Assembly (NCBI GenBank): GCA_045643465.1
Contig: JAZUKV010000010.1
Coordinates: 70,412-134,411, forward strand
DNA: 64,000 nucleotides
DNA from: Clostridia bacterium
GTDB taxonomy: Bacteria > Bacillota > Clostridia > TANB77 > CAG-508
Reading direction: 5' to 3'
The translations under genes and the position numbers were made by a program. Below are positions 18,991-26,082 of this stretch, one piece after another; position 1 is the stretch's first letter, and each line of letters begins with the position of its first letter. The notes beneath the pieces are model-generated. The model made no database searches. It was not told the origin of the DNA and was given only the letters and a program-made list of their open reading frames with translations.

Positions 18991-19050
18991 GGCGGAAAAC
19001 GGAACCGGAAAACGGGAAAACGGGAAAACGGGAAAACGGGAAAACGGGAC
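18991..19050 (+). repeat. G-rich 7-8 nt tandem repeat (GGAAAAC/GGGAAAAC)n
   Basis: ggcGGAAAAC GGAACC GGAAAAC, then four perfect GGGAAAAC units (19014-19045), running into the GGGAC of REP copy B. Confidence 0.95.
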
Positions 19051-19085
19051 GGTTCTAATTTCCACTTTTTTCAAAAAAGGGACAT
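19046..19085 (+). repeat. REP-like element copy B (left flank of the RAYT gene)
   Basis: GGGACGGTTCTAATTTCCAC is identical to positions 10-29 of the 29-nt unit. It is followed by TTTTTTCAAAAAAGGGACA, as in copy A. Confidence 0.85.
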
Positions 19086-19087
19086 AT

Positions 19088-19116
19088 TTGAAAAAAATAT
19101 AAAATTATAATATAAT
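19088..19116 (+). promoter_or_regulatory. candidate sigma-A promoter (TTGAAA-17-TATAAT) upstream of the RAYT gene
   Basis: ttgaaaaaaatataaaattataatataat. AT-rich context, so a chance match is possible. Confidence 0.4.
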
Positions 19117-19137
19117 AATTGATATTTAAATTAAGGG

Positions 19138-19179
19138 GGAATAGTAAAAAAGCATAAAAAGCTTTACTATTCCTTTTTT
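19138..19179 (+). terminator. strong intrinsic terminator (end of the ileS transcript and/or leader attenuator of the RAYT gene)
   Basis: 11-bp stem ggaatagtaaa/tttactattcc followed by T6. It sits 31 nt before the RAYT start codon. Confidence 0.8.
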
Positions 19180-19210
19180 ATATTAAAAATTATAAAAGGA
19201 GGTTTTATCT

Positions 19211-19975
19211 ATGCCACGTGTTTCAAGGAGTAGTATAAACAGCAAATATATACATATTATAGTACAAGGGTTAAATAAAGAAAAAATCTTTGACAGTGAA
19301 GAAGGCACTGAAAAATATTTAAGAGAAATTAAAGATAAAAAAGACGAATTTCAAATAAAGATATTAGCATATTGTATAATGAATAATCATGCACATTTTT
19401 TGATATATACTGATAATATAGAAAATTTATCAAAGTATATGCAAAAGGTAAATATTGCATATTCGAAATATTATAATTTAATAAAAAATAGAGTGGGTTA
19501 TGTTTTTCGTGATAGATTTTATTCTCAAGAAATTTATAATGAAAAGCAATTATATCTATGCTTAAAATATATTCATAATAATCCGGTAAAAGCGTATATA
19601 GTAAATAGTATGGGAGAATATAAATATTCTAGTTATAATGAATTTTTGAATGAGTCGATAATAATAAATAAAGAATCTGGCCAATTAATTTTTCAATCAG
19701 AAAACTATAAAGAAGAGTTTTTAAAATTACATAATAGTATAAATGATAAAAATAGTGAATTCGTTTTAAAAGAGATTAAAGAAGAAAATTTTGAATCTTT
19801 TGTAGAAAATTTTTTAACGAAATATAACATTAACCAAAAAGACATCAAGAATAATAAAGAAATTCGAGAAATATTTATAAAATTAGCTAGATTTGAATCT
19901 AATGTAAAATTAGTTGATTTAGCAGAATATATAGGATTATCGAAAAGTACAATAGGAAAGATTTCAAAGAAATAA
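19211..19975 (+). CDS. HUH/Y1 tyrosine transposase of the RayT (REP-associated tyrosine transposase, COG1943 / IS200-like) type, with a C-terminal HTH-like extension
   Basis: SD aaaggagg. Motifs YIHIIVQG, HUH (NNHAHFLI), GYVFRDRFYSQ, the catalytic Tyr helix YIHNNPVKAYIV and YKYSSY are present. The C-terminus is LVDLAEYIGLSKSTIGKISKK. There is no tnpB partner. Confidence 0.85.
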   Translation: MPRVSRSSINSKYIHIIVQGLNKEKIFDSEEGTEKYLREIKDKKDEFQIKILAYCIMNNHAHFLIYTDNIENLSKYMQKVNIAYSKYYNLIKNRVGYVFRDRFYSQEIYNEKQLYLCLKYIHNNPVKAYIVNSMGEYKYSSYNEFLNESIIINKESGQLIFQSENYKEEFLKLHNSINDKNSEFVLKEIKEENFESFVENFLTKYNINQKDIKNNKEIREIFIKLARFESNVKLVDLAEYIGLSKSTIGKISKK

Positions 19976-19989
19976 CTATTAATAAAAGA

Positions 19990-20051
19990 GTGGAAAAAAG
20001 AACCGTCCCCAATTCCACAAAAGTGGAAAAAAGAACCGTCCCTAATTCCAT
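19990..20051 (-). repeat. REP-like element copies C and D (tandem, inverted relative to copy B)
   Basis: GTGGAAAAAAGAACCGTCCCCAATTCCAC, then aaaa, then GTGGAAAAAAGAACCGTCCCTAATTCCAT. These have 2 and 4 mismatches to the reverse complement of the 29-nt unit. Confidence 0.9.
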
Positions 20052-20061
20052 TGTTTATAAT

Positions 20062-20781
20062 TTAAATTTTTAAACTGCTTTCTAGTGCTAGTGTTATCAT
20101 ATCATTTAAAGATTTTTCTCTTTCTTCTGATGATATTTCTTGTTTTTTATAATGTGAATCTACGACTGTTAATAAGCATGCTGCTTGTTTATTTAAATAT
20201 TTTGCTGTATAAAATAAGGCAAATGATTCCATTTCGGCAGCTGTTATATTAAATTCTTTAGGAAGTCGTTCTAATAAAATATTAATATCTTCTATATAAT
20301 AATCAAAGCATTCTGTGCAAATAACATTTCCCTCAACATATTTAATTTTATTTTCTAATGCGGTTTCTTTTATGATTGCATTTATATTTTGGCTGGCACT
20401 GGTTAAATGACAGTCTTTATTGTTTAAAGCTTTTGCAAAATTCCCTTCTGTGTATGAGTCTTTTACAAGTATTGTATCAAATATATTTAAATCTGAGCTA
20501 TAGGCTCCACATGATCCTATTCTTAGAATAGTTTCAACTTCATAAAATTTATATAATTCATAGCAATATATTCCCATACTTGGCATTCCCATTCCTGTAG
20601 AAAAAACAGTGATTTCTTTTCCTTTATATGTTCCAGTATATGCTAGTATATTTCGTACGGTGTTGACTAAACGAGCATTTTCTAAGAAATTTTCAGCAAT
20701 GTATTTTGCTCTTAGCGGATCTCCAGGTGCTAAGACGATTTTTGCTATATCTTCTTTTTTTGCATTAATATGTGGTGTCAT
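20062..20781 (-). CDS. deoD: purine nucleoside phosphorylase, DeoD type
   Basis: MTPHINAKKEDIAKIVLAPGDPLRAKYIAE..., STGMGMPS, RIGSCGA and EMESFALF are present. Confidence 0.92.
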   Translation of the reverse strand: MTPHINAKKEDIAKIVLAPGDPLRAKYIAENFLENARLVNTVRNILAYTGTYKGKEITVFSTGMGMPSMGIYCYELYKFYEVETILRIGSCGAYSSDLNIFDTILVKDSYTEGNFAKALNNKDCHLTSASQNINAIIKETALENKIKYVEGNVICTECFDYYIEDINILLERLPKEFNITAAEMESFALFYTAKYLNKQAACLLTVVDSHYKKQEISSEEREKSLNDMITLALESSLKI

Positions 20782-20954
20782 AAAAATACCTCCTTTGTTA
20801 AATTTTTTAAATTATATCATTGTTTTGTATGATGTCAATATCTTATTATTTTAACATTTATGTAAAATATACTTATTTTATTGAAAGAATACTAAAAGAA
20901 TATTATAAGATATTGAAAGAATTTTGTAAGAATTTGTTTTTAAATTATTAACCC

Positions 20955-20983
20955 TTGATTTTTCTAAATAAAAGCTATATAAT
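20955..20983 (+). promoter_or_regulatory. candidate asnS promoter (TTGATT-17-TATAAT)
   Basis: ttgatttttctaaataaaagctatataat. Confidence 0.45.
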
Positions 20984-21082
20984 CTTAAAATCAGATAAAT
21001 ATTAATAATAATAGAGAGAAGTATAATTAATAAATGTGTAAAAGTAATGGTACATCTCCATATTTCAGAAAGGAACATGTTT

Positions 21083-22474
21083 ATGGATAAGATAATTATA
21101 AAAGAATTGTATAGAAACACAGGTGAATATGAGAATAAAAATGTTAGACTAGAAGGATGGATTAGAACTGTTCGTGATTCTAAAACATTTGGATTTATTG
21201 AGCTAAATGATGGATCATTTTTTAATAATGTTCAAATTGTTTTTAATAATGAATTAGAAAATTTCGAAGAAATATGCAAATTAACAATTAGCTCTTCAAT
21301 TGCTGTTGAAGGAAATGTAGTATTAACTCCAAATGCAAAACAAGCTTTTGAAATTCAGGCTACAAAAATAGAAATTCAAAATTTATGTCCACAAGATTAT
21401 CCTTTACAAAAAAAGAGACATTCTTTTGAATATCTAAGAACAATATCACATTTAAGACCAAGAACAAATACTTTTAATGCAGTATTTAGAGTTAGAAGTG
21501 TTTTAGCATATGCAATACATAAGTTCTTCCAAGAAAGAGGATTTGTTTATGTTAATACACCATTGATAACATCAAGTGATGCTGAAGGTGCTGGAGAAAT
21601 GTTTACTGTAAGTGCTTTTGATTTTAATAACATGCCAAAAACAGAAGATGGAATGGTTGATTTTTCACAAGACTTTTTTGGTAAACCATCTCATCTAACA
21701 GTTAGTGGACAATTAAATGGGGAAACATATGCATCTGCTTTTAGAAATGTGTATACATTTGGGCCAACATTTAGGGCAGAAAATTCTAACACAGTAAAGC
21801 ATGCTGCAGAATTTTGGATGATTGAACCAGAAATTTGTTTCGCAGATTTGAAAGATGATATGGATTTAGCAGAAGATATGATAAAATATATTTTCTCTTA
21901 CGTTTTAGAAAATTGTCCCGAAGAAATGAATTTTTTCAATAATTTTGTAGACAAAGGATTATTAGAAAGATTAAATAATGTAATAAACTCTGATTTTGCA
22001 AGAATTTCATATACGGATGCTGTAAAAGAGCTTGAAAAACATAACGAAAAATTTGAATATAAAGTTAGTTGGGGAGTAGATTTACAAACAGAGCATGAGA
22101 GATTTTTATGTGAAGAAATATTTAAAAAGCCAGTATTTGTTACAGATTATCCAATGGATATAAAAGCTTTTTATATGAAACAAAACGCAGATGGAAAAAC
22201 AGTTGCTGCATCAGATTTATTGGTTCCTGGAATTGGAGAAATTATAGGTGGTAGTCAAAGAGAAGAAAATTATGATAAATTAGTTAATAGAATGAAAGAG
22301 CTAAATATGCCATTAGATCAATATGAATGGTACTTAGACCTAAGAAAATATGGAAGTGTTGTTCATAGTGGATTTGGTTTAGGTTTTGAGAGAGCTATTA
22401 TGTATTTAACAGGAATGCAAAATATTCGTGATGTAATACCTTTCCCAAGAACACCTGGAAATTGCGAATTTTAA
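21083..22474 (+). CDS. asnS: asparagine--tRNA ligase
   Basis: N-terminal OB fold followed by the class IIb core ([44 protein letters not shown]). The start at 21083 (MDKIIIKE) has the best spacing from gaaagga; alternatives are 21077 and 21047. Confidence 0.93.
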   Translation: MDKIIIKELYRNTGEYENKNVRLEGWIRTVRDSKTFGFIELNDGSFFNNVQIVFNNELENFEEICKLTISSSIAVEGNVVLTPNAKQAFEIQATKIEIQNLCPQDYPLQKKRHSFEYLRTISHLRPRTNTFNAVFRVRSVLAYAIHKFFQERGFVYVNTPLITSSDAEGAGEMFTVSAFDFNNMPKTEDGMVDFSQDFFGKPSHLTVSGQLNGETYASAFRNVYTFGPTFRAENSNTVKHAAEFWMIEPEICFADLKDDMDLAEDMIKYIFSYVLENCPEEMNFFNNFVDKGLLERLNNVINSDFARISYTDAVKELEKHNEKFEYKVSWGVDLQTEHERFLCEEIFKKPVFVTDYPMDIKAFYMKQNADGKTVAASDLLVPGIGEIIGGSQREENYDKLVNRMKELNMPLDQYEWYLDLRKYGSVVHSGFGLGFERAIMYLTGMQNIRDVIPFPRTPGNCEF

Positions 22475-22605
22475 TTTGAGGACGGGGTTAAATTTTTAAA
22501 TTTACTCCGTTCTTTTTTAGAAAATTAAAAAAATATTAAGATAATCTTTTTCTTTAAAGAGAATAATGTTATAATACATACAAATGTTTAGGAGGAATTA
22601 AAGAG

Positions 22606-23457
22606 ATGTTTGAGAATATAAGAGTTTTAGCTTTTGTTGGTCCTTCTGGTACAGGAAAAAGTTATAGAGCTCAAATGGTAGCTGGAGAAAATGATATAAA
22701 ATATATAATAGATGATGGTTTGCTAATTAATGATAATGAAGTTGTTGCAGGTACTTCTGCAAAAAAAGCTCCTACAAAAATAGAAACAATTAGGCATGCA
22801 CTTTTTAATAATGAAAATGAAAGAAATGAAATAATAGCAGCGATTGAAAGAATTAAACCTACAGGTATATTAATTTTAGGAACATCAGATGGAATGGTTG
22901 AAAAAATTGCAGAAAATTTATGTTTACCAAAGATTGAAAGAATAATTAACATTTCAGAAGTTGCAACAGAAGAAGAAATGCAAAAAGCACGTAGAATAAG
23001 GACTACAGAAGGCAAGCATGTTATTCCAGTACCTACATTTGAGATAAAAAAAGATTTTTCAGGATTTTTGTTAGATCCATTACAAATATTTAAATCAAAG
23101 GGAAGCGGAGAAGATCCATATATAGCAGAAAAATCAATAATAAGGCCTACTTTTAGCTATATGGGAAATTTTACAATTTCAGATACTGTATTTAGACAAA
23201 TAATTCAATATTTATTAAAAAAAGAAAAAGAGCGTAATATACAAAAAATAACTAAAATAAGAATAGATAAATATGGAGAAGGAATGTCAATCTATATGGA
23301 AGCTATTATATTTTATGGATGCAATATACAAGAATGTTTTAAGAAATTTCAAGTAAAAATCAAGAAAGAAATAGAAAGATTAACATCTATGAACGTTCAA
23401 AAAATTGACATTTTTGTTAAAAATATTAAATTTGAAGAAAATGAAAATAATGATTAA
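22606..23457 (+). CDS. fusion protein: N-terminal P-loop NTPase domain plus C-terminal Asp23/Gls24-like domain
   Basis: SD aggagg. Walker A is VGPSGTGKS. The C-terminal 110 aa (GNFTISDTVFRQI...IRIDKYGEGMSIYMEAIIFYGCNIQECFKKFQVKIKKEIERLTSMNVQKIDIFVKNI) fits the Asp23 family pattern as I remember it. Confidence 0.7.
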   Translation: MFENIRVLAFVGPSGTGKSYRAQMVAGENDIKYIIDDGLLINDNEVVAGTSAKKAPTKIETIRHALFNNENERNEIIAAIERIKPTGILILGTSDGMVEKIAENLCLPKIERIINISEVATEEEMQKARRIRTTEGKHVIPVPTFEIKKDFSGFLLDPLQIFKSKGSGEDPYIAEKSIIRPTFSYMGNFTISDTVFRQIIQYLLKKEKERNIQKITKIRIDKYGEGMSIYMEAIIFYGCNIQECFKKFQVKIKKEIERLTSMNVQKIDIFVKNIKFEENENND

Positions 23458-23472
23458 TTTAGGAGGATTTTT

Positions 23473-24780
23473 ATGTCATTTATAGTTGCAATAGATGGAC
23501 CAGCAGGAAGCGGAAAAGGAAGCATTACGAGTGAAATTGCTAAAAAATTAAATTTAAGTTGCATAGATACTGGAGCAATGTATAGATGTGTAACTCTAGA
23601 AATGATTAATAAAGGTATAAAAATAGATGAACTTGAAAAAATTAAAGGGCTTTTAGAAAATATAAAAATCGAATTAAACGAAGAAACAAAACAAGTATTT
23701 CTAAATGATAAAGAAGTTACAAAAGAAATAAGAAGTATAGAAGTATCTAAAATGGTTTCATATGTTTCTTCAATTAAAGAGGTTAGATTAAAACTAATTG
23801 AATTGCAAAGGAAAATTGCTAAAAGTAAAGATGTTATTATGGAAGGTAGAGATATTACAACTGTTGTTTTTCCTAATGCAGATGTAAAAATATATTTAGA
23901 TGCAGATGTAAATGAAAGAGCAAGAAGAAGGTTTAAACAAAATCAAGAAAATGGCATTGAATCATCTTATGAGGAAATATTAGAAAATTTGAGAAAAAGA
24001 GATGAGAATGATAAAAATAAAGATTTTGGGGCTTTAAAAGTAGCAGAAGATGCAACTATTATAGATTCAACAAATTTAACAATAAAGCAAGTTACAAGTC
24101 AGATAATAAAAATAATAAATGAAACAAAAAAAAAACAAGCTATAGATAAAAAAGTATATGAAGAAACTCCAGATTCATCATTTAAAAGATTTAAATTAAG
24201 TTTAGTAAAGAAGACTTTATATTTATTTGTTTATAAATTGGTATATAGAATAAAGATTATTAATAAAGAGAAAGTTCCAAGTGATGGTGCTTATATAATT
24301 TGTGCTAATCATATTAATATGTTAGATGCATTAGCAGTTGTATGTACAAATAAGAGAAAAGTAAGATTTATATGTAAAGAAGAAATGTTTAAAAAGAAAT
24401 CATTAGGCTGGGCATTAAAATTAGGCGATATTATTCCAGTAAATAGAGAAAAGAATGATATAGAGTCAATGAAAAGATCTTTAAAAGCTTTAAAAAATGG
24501 CGAAATATTAGGAGTATTTCCAGAAGGAACAAGAAAAGGAATGGAAAAAAATGTAGAATTTAAAAATGGGGCTGCGTTTTTTTCTTTAAAAACAAATACA
24601 AAAGTAATTCCTCTAGGAATACAGGGGTCTTTCAAACCATTTACAAAGGTTAAACTTGTATATGGAGATCCTTTAGATTTTTCTGAATATTATGGAAAAG
24701 AAAAAGATAAAGAAGCTCTTGACAAAGTTACTAATATTATAATGGATGAAATAGTTATGTTGACAAATAATAACAAATAA
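23473..24780 (+). CDS. cmk: bifunctional cytidylate kinase / 1-acyl-sn-glycerol-3-phosphate acyltransferase-like (Cmk-PlsC fusion)
   Basis: The N-terminal half carries IAIDGPAGSGKGS...DTGAMYR...GRDITTVVFP (Cmk). The C-terminal half carries the HX4D box ANHINMLDA and FPEGTR (LPLAT/PlsC). It is one uninterrupted 435-codon ORF. Confidence 0.85.
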   Translation: MSFIVAIDGPAGSGKGSITSEIAKKLNLSCIDTGAMYRCVTLEMINKGIKIDELEKIKGLLENIKIELNEETKQVFLNDKEVTKEIRSIEVSKMVSYVSSIKEVRLKLIELQRKIAKSKDVIMEGRDITTVVFPNADVKIYLDADVNERARRRFKQNQENGIESSYEEILENLRKRDENDKNKDFGALKVAEDATIIDSTNLTIKQVTSQIIKIINETKKKQAIDKKVYEETPDSSFKRFKLSLVKKTLYLFVYKLVYRIKIINKEKVPSDGAYIICANHINMLDALAVVCTNKRKVRFICKEEMFKKKSLGWALKLGDIIPVNREKNDIESMKRSLKALKNGEILGVFPEGTRKGMEKNVEFKNGAAFFSLKTNTKVIPLGIQGSFKPFTKVKLVYGDPLDFSEYYGKEKDKEALDKVTNIIMDEIVMLTNNNK

Positions 24781-24817
24781 TATATAATAGAAAAATATTA
24801 AGATAGGTAGGGAAATT

Positions 24818-25927
24818 ATGGAAAATATTACATTCGAAGAATTATTAAATCAAACTTTAAAGGAAATTAAGGTAGGTCAAACAGTTACAGGAACTGTAAT
24901 CGAAATAACATCTAAAAACGAAGTTTTTATAGACATAGGATATAAAGCTGATGGAATAATACCAGCAAGTGAATACATATTAAATGCAGATGAAACAGTT
25001 AATTCAAAATTTAAATTAGGGGATAGAATAACTGCAGTAGTAGTTAAATTAAATGATGGATTAGGAAATGTTTTATTATCATATAATAAAGCTAGAAAAG
25101 AGATTGATCAAAAAGAATTTGAAAGTAAAGTAAATAATGAATCAATTTTCAAATCAATAGTTACAGATGTTAATGAAAAAGGATTAATTGTAAATTTTGG
25201 TACAATTAAAATATTTATACCTTTATCATTATCAGGAATTTCAAGAAATGAAGATCCACATACATATAAGGGAAAAGAAGTTAGTTATAAGATAGTAGAG
25301 TATAATAAAGAAAACAATAGAATAATAGGATCTATAAAAATATTAGCAGATGAAGAGCGAAAAATTAAGAATGATGAGTTCTGGAAGAATATAGAAATTG
25401 GAAAAACATATACAGGAACAGTATCAAGTTTAAGCGAATATGGAGCTTTTATAGATTTAGAAGGAGTAGTACAAGGCTTATTACATATATCTGAAATGAC
25501 TTGGGAGAGAGATAAGAAACCAAAAGATATACTAGATGTTGGACAAGAAGTAAAAGTTAAAATAAAAGAATTAGATAAAGAGAATAAAAGGGTTAAGCTT
25601 GTATATGATAAAAAAGGTCCAGATCCATGGGAAAAGGTTGAAGAAAAATATAATATAGCAGATGTAGTAACTGTTAAAATAGTAAATTTAGCGCCATTTG
25701 GAGCTTTTGCAAAAATAGATAAAGGAATAGAAGGATTAATTCACATTTCTCAAATTTGTGAAAAAAGAATAGCAAAACCAGATGAAGTTTTAAAAATTGG
25801 ACAAAAGGTAAATGCAAAGATAATTAGCATAGACAAAGAAAATAGAAAGATAGAACTTTCAATACGAGATTTAGAAGGAACATCTGATGAGTTAAATTCA
25901 GAGGAAGAAAATGCTATAAAAGAATAA
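24818..25927 (+). CDS. rpsA: 30S ribosomal protein S1 (four S1 domains)
   Basis: Repeated S1 OB-fold motifs are present (GQTVTGTVIE, GKTYTGTVSSLSEYGAFIDL, VTVKIVNLAPFGAFAKI...GLIHISQI). Confidence 0.85.
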   Translation: MENITFEELLNQTLKEIKVGQTVTGTVIEITSKNEVFIDIGYKADGIIPASEYILNADETVNSKFKLGDRITAVVVKLNDGLGNVLLSYNKARKEIDQKEFESKVNNESIFKSIVTDVNEKGLIVNFGTIKIFIPLSLSGISRNEDPHTYKGKEVSYKIVEYNKENNRIIGSIKILADEERKIKNDEFWKNIEIGKTYTGTVSSLSEYGAFIDLEGVVQGLLHISEMTWERDKKPKDILDVGQEVKVKIKELDKENKRVKLVYDKKGPDPWEKVEEKYNIADVVTVKIVNLAPFGAFAKIDKGIEGLIHISQICEKRIAKPDEVLKIGQKVNAKIISIDKENRKIELSIRDLEGTSDELNSEEENAIKE

Positions 25928-26082
25928 ACAAAAGTATAATTAAAGATTTTATAAATAAGACGGCAGACATATAAAATATTATTGTCTGCCATCTGCACGG
26001 CTAAAAGCTTTATTATTTGGCCACAAAAACAAGACGATTTGATAAGAGGACGTCACAAATTAAAATAAAAGGAGTAATTAAA

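Larger units (their letters stand above)
19046..20051 (+). mobile_element. RAYT gene plus flanking inverted REP-like elements (putative domesticated REP/RAYT module)
   Basis: The left copy (19046-19065) is in + orientation. Two tandem right copies (19990-20018, 20023-20051) are in - orientation. Confidence 0.7.

Noticed and set aside
18991-19050. Possible CRISPR array or CRISPR remnant, because of the regular GGGAAAAC repeats
   Set aside because: The units are only 7-8 nt and contiguous, with no spacers. No cas genes are present in the window. It is a simple tandem repeat.
19211-19975. Ordinary IS200/IS605 insertion sequence
   Set aside because: There is no tnpB. The protein is about 100 aa longer than IS200 TnpA. 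The flanking elements are short palindromes that also occur far from the gene. A RAYT-type interpretation is preferred, but only a genome-wide copy count can settle it.
20878-21120. 80-aa minus-strand ORF in the deoD/asnS intergenic region
   Set aside because: It is an extremely hydrophobic, low-complexity translation of AT-rich promoter DNA. It overlaps the asnS promoter and start, and has no SD.
25960-26015. Structured RNA between rpsA and typA (ggcagaca/tgtctgcc hairpin plus a second weak stem)
   Set aside because: It fits an rpsA terminator-like hairpin without a clear T-run. No conserved riboswitch motif is recognisable, and the evidence is too weak to call an ncRNA.
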